A stretch of 62,969 nucleotides of DNA, filler included, from Choristocarpus tenellus KU-1152 (GCA_964200185.2; 9 parts of 9 records of this genome joined end to end with filler, not necessarily neighbours in it), one strand, 5' to 3'. Shown: positions 13,351-27,088, numbered from the whole stretch's first letter. Numbers and translations are program-made. The notes: a model not told the origin generated them from the letters alone.

Positions 13351-13883
13351 AAGTAAAAGTGTCTTAGAGGGTACGAGTTATTACCTGATTGTCCAATTGG
13401 GGCTTGACTTCCCACGGTTTTTTAATGGCATTTTACCTACTCCAAAGTGTTTCGGAGTAGGGAAACTGGATATGTTATGAAAAGGTGTGTTCGGAACAAG
13501 CATATTGGCTCAAAGTATCTGGGGGGGGGGGTGGTGGCTGTCCTTTTGGGGCCNNNNNNNNNNACGTTCATCATCTTGGTTAAGGTAACTAGGGTTAGCC
13601 TCGGTACGGTCTGGCGGGGGCGGCGTGGCTGTCCTTTTGGGGCCAATTTTTCATGTCGCGATTTTAGGGTGATTTGGTTCCATTCGTTGGATGAATAATG
13701 AAAATGCACTTTTCCTGGTTTTGGCCCAAATGGACACTCTAGTGTAGACTCCCCTCCCCCCCGGATACTTTGGGTCTATTGACGTTTCCTAACAAACATG
13801 ATAGCTATAATTTCATCGAAATTGCAACATTGGATTTTGGCCCTCAAATGGACGGGACTCTACCCTCTAAGATACTTTGACTC
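13351..13883 (+). mobile_element. MITE family 1 copy carrying a nested family 2 insertion
   Basis: Outer TIRs AAGTAAAAGTGTCTTAGAGGGTA / TACCCTCTAAGATACTTTGACTC, TSD TCAT; internal sequence resumes after the insert. Confidence 0.88.
13507..13776 (+). mobile_element. MITE family 2 (poly-G TIR), nested
   Basis: GGCTCAAAGTATCTGGGGG ... CCCCCGGATACTTTGGGTC; TSD TATT; contains a 10-N gap. Confidence 0.85.
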
Positions 13884-13969
13884 TCATTCCCAAATGGATG
13901 GGAATCAAATCCATCTGGGGACCCCTAGGGATGAGGAGAAAATAGTGAACAGCAACTGGCTGTCTATCT

Positions 13970-15470
13970 CTTCCCCGATGGCGTAAGAACAGGCTGCAAG
14001 TACCATCTGGGTCATCTAGGCAGAACTGGTTCAAGTGACCATAATTAGTCGTTGCCTGGCAACATGAGTACTGGTACAAAATATTCTGTGACGTACTCTG
14101 TGGTACATCAACATGATGATAGGGCATAGCTGGGGACTCTGCACAATGAGGTACATGATGGGGTTGTGATGTTGAATGGTCAGCCGGACGGGGCTGTGTC
14201 AGATGTGGATGTACCGATAACTGAGTTGAGGACGTGGTCAGGGTTGTTTCCCCTGCACGTTGGTGCCCCACTTCTGTCCGATGACGTTGGTTCTATTGTT
14301 CGGAAGTTTGAAAGAGCAACCTGCTCATGATGAGGTTTGCGGGTAACAGCAATGACGTAAGTGGCGGGGGTAAGGTTGTTGCCAGACAGGTTATTGGCTT
14401 CATGACAGTTGGCACGATCATACAGGCCTAAGCAAACGTGGTTGCGGGTTCTTCTCGGATTTGTCCAAGAAGAATTGTAGGGACCAAGCCATCTTCTGTG
14501 AGAGTGTTTTGGAGTTGTTCAACAAAGAGGGTTGTACTGTCAACACAATCTGAAGGGGATTTTGTATGAGATGAGCATCTCCTAGAAAACAATTCATCAC
14601 CGTTGTACAATGTAGAGTGTGTATTGATTGGCAGACTTCGACTCTTCCTGTTTGAAGGATTTGAGTTTACGAGCTGAAACATCCACAGCATCGGCAGGTG
14701 TAAACACGTTGATAAAAGCCTTCCGTACATCCTCCCAAAATGTTGGAGGAGTTATAGGAACGGGGTTGCCAGGGGACAATTTTAAACCGCCCAAATTGCT
14801 AGGGGAATGCCATTCCACCGTACAAGCCAATGCCTGAAAATAATAGCTTTTAGTGGGTCCTTGAAGGTATTCCATGTATTGAGCATCAATAGATTCAGGG
14901 GATGCAGGGCTGTATTGGTGAGAGTCTAGAGTGGTTGCGACATTCCATTTAGAGGATAAAAGTGGTAAATCTTCTTCTGCAGAACCTGTGATTGCCAGAC
15001 CAGTTGGGATCTCCAAAGTGGAATATACCTAAAACGATTCCCTTCAGATGTTCGATGTGAGTGCGAGACATCGCTACTGTTTCTGACAGTACCTACGTGA
15101 TGAATGGTATGCCCATGAGTCAGGAGCTCCAGGAGATCCTGAAGCCATTGAGGCAGCACGGCGTTCGTTCTTGCAGACTCATTGACATGGTGTGCAATGA
15201 ATGTGGGAGCGTCAAACTGTGCTTGTGAAGTGGCTACCTCAAGAGGGGTTGAATGTGGCGAGGAAACAGAACTGTCCTGAAAAAGGATACGACGGGTGTC
15301 ATGGTCGCCCAAGCTGACACAATGCTCGAGGGTTGACAACACTGTTCCTACACAGTGATGACGACCTGTTGGGGGAGATGGAGGGGAACCTCATTTACAA
15401 TTTGCATTTCTTGAACTGTTGGATAACGTTGACAAACAAGAATTTCACCCGTCACCCTATATCTGAATTT
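13970..15470 (-). mobile_element. Ty3/Gypsy-type gag remnant
   Basis: WEDVRKAFINVFTPADAVDVSARKLKSFKQEESKSANQY fits the retrotransposon gag pattern (W..lk..F...F.P.....L..lkQ..Es..Y); degenerate zinc knuckle CCQATTNYGHLNQFC near 14020-14070; frameshifted. Confidence 0.7.
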
Positions 15471-15471
15471 T

Positions 15472-15583
15472 GTTAAAAGTATCATAGAGGGTAGAGCCGC
15501 CTCCATTTGATGGGCGAAATACAGTGTTACAATTTTTATGTCATTTTAGCTATCATGTTTGTTAGGAGATGTCAATATCCTTG
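15472..15583 (-). mobile_element. MITE family 1, 3' half only
   Basis: AAAGTATCATAGAGGGTAGAGCC...TGTCAATATCCTTGTTCC matches the 933-1181 copy. Confidence 0.75.
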
Positions 15584-16625
15584 TTCCAGACATGCGGTTC
15601 CAACCTGGCCTTGTACCTTTCCACTTCTCCTTTAGCATCCATCTTCCAAGTAAACACCATCTTTGTTCCGAGTACCCATGTGACCATCAGTGGGACGAGG
15701 TACTTGAATCCACACTCCCCTGCTATCCAGATCATCCACTTCTTCATCAATAGCAGCTTTCCACAAAGGCCACTCCTCAGACTCTGTCGCTGCTCTCATG
15801 GTCTTAGGTTCTGGTGGGAGGGGTTTATCTTTCCCACCCACAAGTAGACCAGCCAGTCTTCGCTCATACCTTAATGTCCGTTCCAATGGTTCACCAGGTT
15901 CAGATGGCGGGTCGTGGTTATGGTCCACTTGTCGCAGTAACAACTTTCCACCACTCCCTTGCTGTGACGTAGGTGGATCCATACCACCAGCACCAGTGTT
16001 CAGCATCCCATCAGTACTTCCATTCTCCATAGTGTTCTCCATATCTATTCCACCTTCCCCACGTTCAAGTTCCGAATCCAAACCCACTTGTTCTGAAGAC
16101 ACCCCTTTTGAAGTATTTTCCTCTAGAACCTCTTCTTCCGATCCCAAAGAAAATTTCTCCAGCACCAAACCTTCAGTGCTCAGCCCCAAATCGTCTTGTT
16201 TCTCCTCCAAGATTCCATCCCCAGTTAAGTAAATCCCACGATTCTTGACAAACTTGCGTACCATCCGTTCATGGCAGTGACCGAGTTGCATATGCATCTG
16301 GTTGATATCCATTTTAGTAGTGGGTAGCATCTTACCACTCGGGCCCCAAGGGTCCGTGATAAAAGCTCCAGTCCCACCTTGGGCGAGCTCATCAGGTCCA
16401 TCATTGCCTGATGTCGATGCGAGTTCTATATCACCAGTGTCCATATTTGAGGCGAGCTCCTCCCCCTCAACAGTCCCCCCAGGGACGATGGTATATGCAT
16501 TACTTCCACCCAGTTCCTCAACACCCATCTCTGATGTTGCATTCGGACTAGTTTAGGCCCCTACAGCCGCGCGAGATCGGGCAGGCCGAGCTCGTTCTGC
16601 GAGCTAGTAGAAGCGCGCCTCAGCG
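15584..16625 (-). mobile_element. Ty1/Copia pol remnant (GAG-pre-integrase and RT start)
   Basis: HMQLGHCHERMVRKF (GAG-pre-integrase); EPKTMRAA..WKAAIDEEVDDL..GVW; then after a frameshift GTKMVFTWKMDAKGEVERYKARL (RVT_2 start). Confidence 0.88.
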
Positions 16626-16725
16626 NNNNNNNNNNNNNNNNNNNNNNNNNNNNNNNNNNNNNNNNNNNNTTAATTAATTAANNNNNNNNNNNNNNNNNNN
16701 NNNNNNNNNNNNNNNNNNNNNNNNN

Positions 16726-17149
16726 CCCCTCCCCAACACTGTTACCATCATCTCGACCCACACCACCGCCTCCAATCCCATCGTCGCCACCACCGGCATC
16801 AATATACTCCTGGCCAATAACAGCAGCCGATGATGGCACCTGCACACAAAAAAAAAATGAAAGCACCCGCGCATCATTATGTGACTTACTCCATCCAGTC
16901 ATCCCGTGACCCTAAACCCTAACCCTTTCAGACCTACTCCAGTAGTACCCTAACCCTAAACAATATTTTGCTGATTTCCAGGCAAGACGTAACCCTACAG
17001 TAGCCCTAACCCTGCATCATTTTCCGACTGATTTCAGTTGCATCAATGTATCTCATTCGGTTCTCAGAACACATCGATGAAGTGTATACAAACCCCAAAT
17101 CGTTCAGAAAAACCTCCACAAATATCATAGCCTGCAGTGATATCGCACA

Positions 17150-17180
<31 letters not shown>

Positions 17181-20100
17181 CATGGTATACATGCATATAT
17201 ATACAATACAATATCACTGCATGCAACACAGTTATACTTATTTGGTATATAGGCTAACCGTAACCCTAACCCTTCATACCTCAACACTACTTCAATTTAC
17301 CTCTCATTTCGACATCCACCTCGCCAGAACAGTGTTCAATTCGAACCCTAACGCCGAGTCAAGCCCCTTTCCCACCATCACCATCGCCGAGCCTATCAAC
17401 CAAAGAGTTGTTTATTTCTTGTAATCAATATCTGGCTCTACAGTGCATGGTACACACTACGTAGTACAACACGCACCGGAAACGTTTGTCCCATGCAACA
17501 AAGAACGCTCGATTATTCATACACACACACACACACATAACACACACATAACACACACACATGCACACAGGCACACACGCACACACTTCGCATCTTGCGC
17601 ACGTAACATACGATCACAAAAGATAAAAATAAGCATATATTGTTTTGCGTTTAAGTCTAGATTCTTACTCTGTCCTATGAGCACACTACTCCGTAAGACA
17701 CAGTCATGAACACCATGTATAAATAATGAAATATTGAAAAAACAATTTTTTTAAAATAGATCTTTTTTACCCTTTTGCAACAAGCAAAGCACAGTATCGC
17801 CACCACAAGAAAATTCCGTCAGCTTCCATCACCCCCTGGAATCTTCACCGATACAATTATATACTGCCGTAAGAGCTGCCATCACCCCCTGGGAGCATAA
17901 CGTGCATTTTATTCCTTGCTTTAAGTGCCTATTGTTCTGTTCAAGTTTTGTTTTTTCTACTTTTGTGTATTTTGTGTTTTTTTCATATTTTTTTTATTCT
18001 GTGCCATTTACATCTGAGCAGACCCGCCACGGGGTGAAGTGGCACATACACGCATAGTCAAAGGCTTGGCAGGCGCTAAACTGGCACAGTGCGGCGACAC
18101 AACCAGAGCACCACCAGAGCAAAAAATATTGTTCCAAAAACAGTGCTACAGAGAGCAACATACTTCCGCAAAAAAAAAAAAGTTTCAATGAAAGATTCGA
18201 GGTGCTTTTTTTTCCCCATTCAATCGACGTAACAGGCCCATTGAAGAGATGAAATCCTTATCACAAGAACATCTCAAACTATCGAATGATTCTACATTGA
18301 AATGATACATATATATATATATATATGATATCTCCAAGACCACAGTGTTAGACACAAACAGCAGTTGAACCCCATAATTCACTTGGCACCAGCAGTACCC
18401 GCCAAGAGGCGCCCCAGCATCTTGCTCTTTCATGTTCGGGGGGGCATCATATGGTCAGCGTGATTTGCTTGTCCACCCCACCACGGGGCTTTCACAAGCA
18501 CACAAATCACAACTGGGTTTCAGACCCAAAAAAAAACCTACAGGAAGTCTCAATACTTGAAGCCCTGACCACCGCCACAAGTCTATTCGAGACTCGATAT
18601 TACGCTTTTCATTCGCTAAGGACTGACTACGCATGCCGTATCACTGCTCGATCTTGATCTTGAGCAAGAATTCACATTTTGAGTTGTGCCTACCATCCAG
18701 TTTTTAAAGAGCACAGGGTCAAGTGCCAGGTTCACGTCTTGGCAAGTACAGGGGGCTGCTTTAATCTAGAGCGCAATTACATGCTCCACTACGATAGGTG
18801 CTGCATAAAGTCTGATTTCTTGGATATAGCACGCAATAACGTGCTATATCCAAGAAAAATTGTGTCAAACTTTCTTGAATCCCGCTTTTGATTTTGTCTT
18901 CATTAGGTCTACTCATGCACCTGCCATCAGCAGATTCATGAGGAACCACAAGCCTCGTTATTCAACCAAGAACACAAGGCAAGGTATCGGTCACCAAAAT
19001 CTACCAAAAAAAGGTATGCGCAAAAAACATTCAGCATCTGCCACGTGCAACTATATCAACGTATAAACAAAACATGACATCTTTACCCAAATTTCTTCCC
19101 AAATGAAATTCAGCAATGTTGGGCGTGTCGAAATCCAGTCGTCGAAGAGGTGAAACCAACAGTAACACAAACACATCTTCGCCCTTAACCTGCGATTAGT
19201 TGCAATGGTGTAGTCGATACCACTATGTCAAAATTTCTTAGGACTTCCCATTAGCTCCTCCAAAATCAAAAGAGAAGTGGAACTCACCTCCCATTCTGTC
19301 CCAAGAATAGTGAGAGCCTCGGGTCTAGGGTTTCCTTCCGTCATTCCAGTCCGTGCGCCACACCAGATCTGTGCGCCGCTGTTGCTTCTGCTTAGTGAAC
19401 TCTCTTTATAAGCAATACACTAAAAATCCACTGCGTGGCCCTCGTTTTACTCGCTCGCTCCCTCTTTCCCTCTGTCGTTCTATCTCTCTCTCCCACACAC
19501 ACACACACACACACACACACTATGCCTCTTTGCCCGTTCCCACGGAGCAACCACGTGTTTTTCAAAACCAGACCTCTGCACACCCTCCCACGTTGTTCTC
19601 AAGATCAGCTTGCTGGGGAGGTTCGCATGGGTCAGAAGGACGGGGACGTGAAGTTATATCTCTCTCCTGGAAGAGCTTTATCACGCTGGTGCACTGGGCG
19701 ATCCCAGGTTAGCAAATGTGAACGTGCCAGTTCCAACGGAGGAGGGGCACGGGGTGGGTGGAAGGAGTGTCAAGTCGCGACACAGAAATGGGAGGAAGGG
19801 CTGTATAGGGTTGCCTAGATTAACTGATCTCCAGTCAGACGGGGGGAGAGCTGTACATTTGTCACTTCAAACTTCATTTCCCAAACAGGGCACAGATATG
19901 ATTTCTGAATCACTAAGGAGCTGCAAGGTAAGTTCGGTCAAGGTCAAGAGATGAGGACTAAGCTTTCCCATTAGAATGTTGCATATAGAATTCAAGTGGG
20001 ACAACCCAAGTACAATCTCTTTTATGGTCTGTAACTAAAGGTGGAAGCAGGTAAGAGAGGTATTGGTGACGTAAACAGGCACTCTGATTCACACTGAGAC

Positions 20101-20433
20101 CTAGCAGTATTCTTTAAACGATGAGGACATGGAGATATTTCTAAGATCTCACTTATGGCACGTCAATGATAGGTGCGACAGGGAGTGAGAGAGAACTAGA
20201 GAGCGTGTTGGTCCAACCCAAGTCCAAAACCTTTCACAGTGCCGTCAACTTCCCCGCCTGTAATTGCCAGAAATTCGACTTAACAAGCGATCAAACACCG
20301 GGAGTAAAGGAGATACATCAAACCTTTCAGCACGCCCCACGTCCTCCAGCCCTTCCTCTCCTCCCCCAACCCGATGTCGTCGCCCGAACCAGAAAGATAA
20401 GAGGTAAAAAGGTGTACAGTGCTGTTGGTGTTC
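16726..20433 (-). CDS. Probable multi-exon gene of unknown function (partial, model uncertain)
   Basis: Candidate exons about 20433-20323 (NSTVHLFTSYLSGSG..WGVLK), 20257- (GGEVDGTVK), about 19382-19288 ending at a GTGAGT donor, about 19189-19087, 17131-17011, 16839-16726; poly-T acceptor tracts on the minus strand. Confidence 0.3.
18816..18857. repeat. Perfect 18-bp inverted repeat with 6-nt loop
   Basis: TTTCTTGGATATAGCACG-CAATAA-CGTGCTATATCCAAGAAA. Confidence 0.9.
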
Positions 20434-20689
20434 CTGCATAGGACGGACGGTCGAATGCTTCTTATAGATGTGGATTGTGTTTTGAGGATTCAACGTTTTA
20501 AAAATAGAGGTCGGTTCTGATTTAAAAGGTATGACAAAAAAAGAAACAGCCTAAAATATGTACAATAATGTTATACATTCTCACATTTTTCTCCACACAT
20601 CATCCTTGAACATTTTGAAGATGTGATAGGGGAAGAGGCACTTTAATACCATAATACTCCTTCATATATGCTTCTTTTCACCTTCATAG

Positions 20690-20800
20690 TTATAACCTCA
20701 ACACCTTCACCGTAAAAAGTTTTGAGCGCCTCGGTAAGCAAGCAGAAAGTTTTCTGGATGAGTTGACTACGCACACATTAGGGGGGAGAAACCCAAAATA
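20690..20800 (+). mobile_element. RLE-type non-LTR retrotransposon C-terminal fragment
   Basis: TFTVKSFERLGKQAESFLDELTTHTLGG resembles the xxAVESFGRLGxE..FIDxLA motif at the end of the RLE domain. Confidence 0.6.
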
Positions 20801-20943
20801 TATATTATCCTCGAACATTTTGAAGATGTGATAGGGGAAGAGGNNNNNNNNNNNNNNNNNNNNNNNNNNNNNNNNNNNNNNNNNNNNTTAATTAATTAAN
20901 NNNNNNNNNNNNNNNNNNNNNNNNNNNNNNNNNNNNNNNNNNN

Positions 20944-21012
20944 CTCTTGGTCAGGGCCCGAATGGATACCCTGGTGTTGACCCCCCTCCACCCCCCCCAG
21001 ATACTTTGAGCC
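20944..21012 (+). mobile_element. MITE family 2, right end
   Basis: GGATACCCTGGTGTTGAC-poly-C-AGATACTTTGAGCC at a contig start. Confidence 0.75.
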
Positions 21013-23330
21013 TCACCTTCTTGCAGTTGCACAAATCCTACAACGAGGTAAGGGAGATCGCAGCCTTGGCCACCCATTTGCAGGAGGATGTGTGGTGTAC
21101 CAATGGGATATCCCAAATGTCAAGGATACTTGTACGGTGGCCACATCAGCCCTTGCGATGTCGTACAAGGTCCACGCATTCACCCCCCGTGCGATCTGGC
21201 TGCCATCCTTCTTTAGATGGTGAACACAAGTGATTCGGGAAATTTCAAAGTCGTTCTCATCATTGTCAGCAAAAAAATGAGTCATTAATTAGGGGTACTG
21301 TTACAAAATTGCCATGTCACCACCCTACACTCAACATGACACTTATGACTTGCCTACCACAAAAAGCCTCGCTGTATAAACATCAAAATACGTAGTGATC
21401 ACATAATGTAAAGGCAAAAGAGGTTTCTTAAAAGGCAAAATGCTCTCAAAACAGGGGCTTCATCTAGTTACCTTTTACCTTTGAAAGTACTACACAACAC
21501 ATGTGTAGCAGAGGCAAGACTTTCCCAAGGAACCTACCAAATTGACATGGATGTGTTTCTGAAGACAAAGATTACAGTGGATTGATCCTGAAATTTCAAG
21601 GTAGTGAACTGAAATCTAAAAATGTAAAATTTGAGTCTCTTCATCCTTATGCTAGTTTTATTTATTGAAACATTAAATTTTATGTAAAACATATTTGCAA
21701 CCGGTAGCCACATGTACATTGAAGCTCAAACATTGTAACGGCCATAACTTCACTTGTGCTGCATCTCTTGAGACTGTAATTAAAAATACTCCACATGATA
21801 CTGTTGACGATCTCATTGAATATCAACCATAGCCTGGAAAGTATCACAATCAATAACTTGTGCATCATACGGTACAATCTACTATGACCACAATAGCCTA
21901 CATCCACAATAACATTTACACGATTTCAAATTGGAACACACTTAACCCTGGAAAAATTTTCAGGCATCAAATTTGCACTTGCCCTGACTGTCTAGGCTAG
22001 TGAAGATCTCCCACCACCAAGACTTGCCTCTACTTGGGATATTAATGGATGTGAATGACCAAACCCTTCAAAAATACTATAGTGATAGTTCTGATGATGT
22101 GATTGACCACCAGTCCTACTCACTTGGTCCTGTAAATACTTTATACCCCGAAGAAATCAAATCAAAGACAGCAAAGTTAAGATCATGTAGTGACTACAAT
22201 ATAAATCAGTGCAATCCTTCAATAAGGTAGTTGAACCAAACCCCTATTGGAGAGAGTCAAGCGGAAACAATTACGTTCACTGGTGTCTTCCTGAGCACGA
22301 GGTTTAACCCACAGAAGTATGGATATCAAGACTTGATCTAGTCTGAGATTTAGAATGGATCCACAATATGTTTCACAGAACATATCCTTGTTTCCCAGGA
22401 TGCTCAAAATGATGACAATATAGAAAACATATCTCTAACTATATACCAATCTTGCATGTTTTCATTAGCACCAAAGATAGAAACATGACATTGTACTGCA
22501 CTTCCCTTATAGCGAAGTACCCTAAAATAGTTACGTTGCATGTGCACATACACATCTTAATACCAACACTGATATAGCATCAAATCATGGTACGATTCCT
22601 TTTTTAGACCAAGAATGAATGAACATTTCCCCATACTACACACAGCAGTCACGTATCTAACCGTTTCTGAGAACTTGCTTCTTTTGTGGCACCTGATAGA
22701 AATTCTGCTGTTTGAAGCTAAACACTCTACAACGCATAGGTAGGCTCCTCACAAAAAGTGACAGAAGTTTAGGTTTGATTATTACAGAACCCTGCATTAA
22801 TGGAAGCTCCTTATCCCAATTCTGATGCACCCAGCAAGATGTACAAGTTGGAAAAATTGTAGTATTCCCTGTGCACAAGGGGTGTTCCATGCAATGCAGG
22901 GTAAGAACTTACGAACATTTCAGCAGTTTGAAGAGTTTAGAGGGAGAAACGATAACCAAGGACACAACTTATCCCTTAGACTTGTACACGATAAAATACG
23001 TTTTAACCTGAGGTATGCATAATCCAGGAGTTGAGATTAAAGATTCAGCTTTCCGTTTACTTGCAGAATTGGTGCTTTGATTTTCATGTCACTGAAATTC
23101 AAGAAATCTGTTGTGAGAACCAGATACTTGAGCGAGCCACGGCAAACGAAAACCATAAGAAATGAAGTCTTTCCAAAGTAATCCATCCCTGTAGTAGAAG
23201 GAAGTCAATCGCGAAGGTGCACCACTGTCTGTATCCCATTACACTTGGCAAGCAAATCTTCACAGACGTCTCACCTGAGGTGTCGGCATTTTCCATCTTT
23301 CAAGGATGAATAGCTCGATGAATTCCATGT
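21013..23330 (-). pseudogene. Possible degenerate or poorly conserved multi-exon gene
   Basis: Several exon-like blocks with splice signals (for example a CAG/GTGAGA donor near 23273), but no stop-free model could be assembled. Confidence 0.2.
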
Positions 23331-24451
23331 TTGCCGTTTGGCGAGGGTTTTCCTTGGATCATAGACAGATGCGCTAGATGTTGTGCGTCAATCGCAGCGT
23401 GGAAAGGGATGGTGGGTGTATTGCCAGTAACCAATACATGCACACGACGCTGCCATAAGCACGCACAGTGATGACACCTAGCGATTACGAATTGTAATGG
23501 TGTCCATTGTCACGGTTGATGGGATCTGTGGTAGCGAGAGGTTGGTGTGGGCATCGAGTGACGGATGGTAAGACACCAACTGTGTCACGTGAGGGATGTT
23601 TACTTTATTCTTTTTGCTTGTTATCATCTTCAGTACACATCAAATATATTTTGGGAATATCTCGAGCTCAGGTTGAATCCGTTTATAATCATGGCCCTTT
23701 TGGCCAGTCAGACGGCACTTCCTTATCGTGGTGGTTATTTTTCCTCATCGCTCGAACAGGTTGCACGAATGCAAAGTGTAAGATGTTTTACGCAGTATCC
23801 CTACAATCAATAGCGCTCTTATGGAAAATACGCGATGGTGTATAACACTACTTCACACGATTGATCGCAACATGATGAAAACGTCATCATCCTAACCTCC
23901 ACCTTCAATCACGTCTCAGCGCGGCGCTTGGAAACGCCATGTCATCAGGGGGCTACCCAAAAGGGTAACTTTGATTCAGAACCCAGTGCTTAAGCTATCA
24001 TTGACGCCATGATTGTGGAGATGCTCCAACTTCCCATTTACAGCTTACCTTACAGCCATTCATTCTTTACTCACCCTTCTTCGCGATGTCGATGAGCTCT
24101 TTATCAACATGTCTAACGATGATAGGTTGTGCAGGGATACTGCAAGCTGACTGTGGTAATACATTGACAGGCTGCTGAATGCCATAACAGTATAGGTTGC
24201 TTGAACTAGATCCGTCTCAACGTTCTGAGAATTGTGAGGGATTGGAGGGTAGTAGAGAGGATTGGGAAAAAAATAAACTAAAAAGTATTTTTTTCCTTCT
24301 TGAAATTTAAAGTTAGGCATCTGACACTTGATGGGTCAACCACTTGGCGGTTTCATGCATGGCTTTGCCCTATCAATGGTGCATTTGGTAAACCATACCC
24401 ATCTCTGCCCATTTCCTGAACTTTCATGCCAAAGACTCCATCATATAACAG

Positions 24452-25846
24452 GCGATGGTCTTCTTCTACACAATCCCGTCGACAGAGGTGTGTATTCCTT
24501 CCTTCAATGGATCGATTGTTATGAAAGACGTGCGTAAGTTTTAAATCGCTAGATCCATCTACTACAACTCATTGCAAGTTCCTATCTCTCGAAGATTTAA
24601 CACCTAGTCAAATGCACCTTCGTGCTTTCCCTTACCCTACCCTGCTATTTCAGCATCAAAAACTTACCAGCGGACGGATGGTCATCTTCGGATAGCAACT
24701 TATCTTGGAGGACGAGGAGGAGTCGTGGTCGCTCCTACACGCGTTCACCATCAGAAAGCACCAGCATCGATTCAGCGGACGGACAAAACAATCGCACCCT
24801 TAGAAAGGTGGGGGTGAGGAGGGGACGTAGCTCGTTCTTCTTAGCCGAAGAATGCAATATTCTCTCGTGTCTGCAACGCAAATTGTTATCCAATAATAGC
24901 GCTCACTTGAGTCGGATACTTCGACATCTGCGCCAAGGGGACAGTCGCCAGGAAGGCCGTGTGAGTATCAATGCTTTCAAGGAAGCCCTCTATGCGAAGG
25001 GTGATACCGAAATGTCCTTGAGTAGGGACGAGACCTCGTGGTTGGCAGGGAGGCTTATTGATGATGATGCTCGAATCGTGTACAAAGACATGAGGGCTTT
25101 ACTAGAGGAGGGAGAAAAGGGTAGAAGGGCAAAACCGACCTCCGCGTCCATTCATGGCAAGTGGAGGAAGAAACATCAAGGAAGACTGCGTCCCTCTACT
25201 TATTGGGCTGGTGCTAGGATAAGACAAGCTGACGGTAGATGTCCTCCGACAGCGAGAGATGAAGACATTGCGTACGATTCAGACACGCCGGCGAACTGGA
25301 CAGCTCGGCATGGGACCGTCGGCGAATGGCTGCAAGATATTGCGTCACCGATGGTGAATTGTTCTCCAAGAATCTTGTCGATTACAGATGATTGTAGGTG
25401 CCGATTCCATCAATGATTGCTGCTCTTTGTTAGCTGTTATGAAAGTCCCCTTCCATCCCCACATCAATGACCACCACTTCTAGCTCCACTTTGTACAAGG
25501 GTTGAAGATAGCAAACCTATTTTTCACATTGACTCTATCCTCCACCGAGCACATCACATTACTTGCATAACTGAATCATGCCTTGAGTCTCTGATTCAAC
25601 TTCTCCAACCTAGTCATGGCTCCCCACCTCGCTCAAATACCTGCATACCAACCATCATTTGTGCAATCCCGTTTGGCACAGGAACGAAAGCTCTTCCATG
25701 ATTTTATAAAGGGCCTCGAAGCTTTTGAATATCAAAACGGCCTTGACCATTACCGGATCAGCTATCCACAAGATGAAGGGGAGGAGACTACTACTGTCCT
25801 ACATCTTGGACCCATGCTGAAAGCATCTATCAGATTTTTCGTTTGA
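24452..25846 (+). CDS. Hypothetical protein with degenerate EF-hand-like region (5' end unresolved)
   Basis: Phase-consistent exons 24452-24533, 24654-25353, 25682-25846. DSRQEGRVSINAFKEAL ... LSRDE ... IVYKDM is EF-hand-pair-like; C-terminus TVGEWLQDIASPM|ERKLFHDFIKGLEAFE...LGPMLKASIRFFV*. Confidence 0.7.
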
Positions 25847-27088
25847 TTACATTGTAGTGTTGGAATTAAGAAATGCGTGAGGTACCAAAAAGTATTTCGA
25901 AGTTCTTTCCAGTAGGACACGGAAGGATAGGAAGAAACGATTATGGCAAAAGGTGCCTACTCTCCTGTACCTACTACAGTGGTTTCATTAGAGTTAGGGC
26001 GTACTGTGTCCTATTTCACATAACTTCTGCATATGTGCATGACCCATGAGAGTATGTCCACCACATATTTTCTCATATCATGTACACCCACCCTCCAGTG
26101 CATGTATTCCACTTTGCAGGACGTGGTACTACATGATGTATATATGTATGCATGTAATCCACAGCTTCTTGTTTCTTCCACCACACGCAGCTCCAGCCCT
26201 TGTTGAATTCAATTGAGGGGACACATGTCGTAGTTCCTATTGCGACAAGCAGAGTAGCACAAAGGGCTCATTCATGCGCCCCGAAACAGGTATTCTGCTT
26301 GCCTTGCTTGTGCAGGATGGAAACACCGATATGGTTGATCAGGTATTATAATAAAACCAATAAAAAAATGCAGCTTTCCTTTGTTGGGAGCGAATATAGA
26401 TTGTGATCTTCTGACCCTGTTCAAGTCATAGTTCCTAAAGAGCAATAGAGATTTTGGTGGTTATGAAAATATCTCTGCTCCACTTTTGTTGCATTTCCCT
26501 CCTATCTATTGTAACATCTTGTATTCATCATTGAGAGGACTCCTCTACCTATATACCAGGCAGATCGATGCTTCATATGCCTGGTATTGGTCTTCCAGAT
26601 TCTCGCATATTGCATCATTCAACCTGTACCCTCTGAAACTACGGATCAAGTTCAAAAGCAATATTGCTCAACAACATGCCCGAAAAGAGCAAAACTCAAC
26701 AGTACACATGGCCTGATCAGATCACTTCGCCACAATTTCACCTTAGTGAAAAAAACATTAAACACATGTAACCCATGAGTCTAACCACTCTTTCCCTCCA
26801 CATTGTAGTTCCAGCACTGAGATACAGTAAGTTCATACCCTAGGATTCACCGTCTCTGTCAGATTTCAGTCCATATTACCAATGGTTGAATTTCATCATA
26901 TCCCATCACCTCGATCTATATACATTGTCTCCAATACAGGGGAGGGTTAACCCACCTTTTTGTTATGGTTTGATTCAGGTGCAATACACAAGTAATGAAG
27001 GGACATTGTAGAAGTGGAGGAGATTGGTGTTTATACTTTGCTTTTGTGATCCCATAGGAATTCAGTGCCTACTTTTAGTGGTCCGTCC

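Noticed and set aside
18363-20107. Alternative plus-strand spliced gene model
   Set aside because: Some phase-compatible exons can be chained, but there is no recognisable protein and splice signals favour the minus strand; unresolved without transcripts
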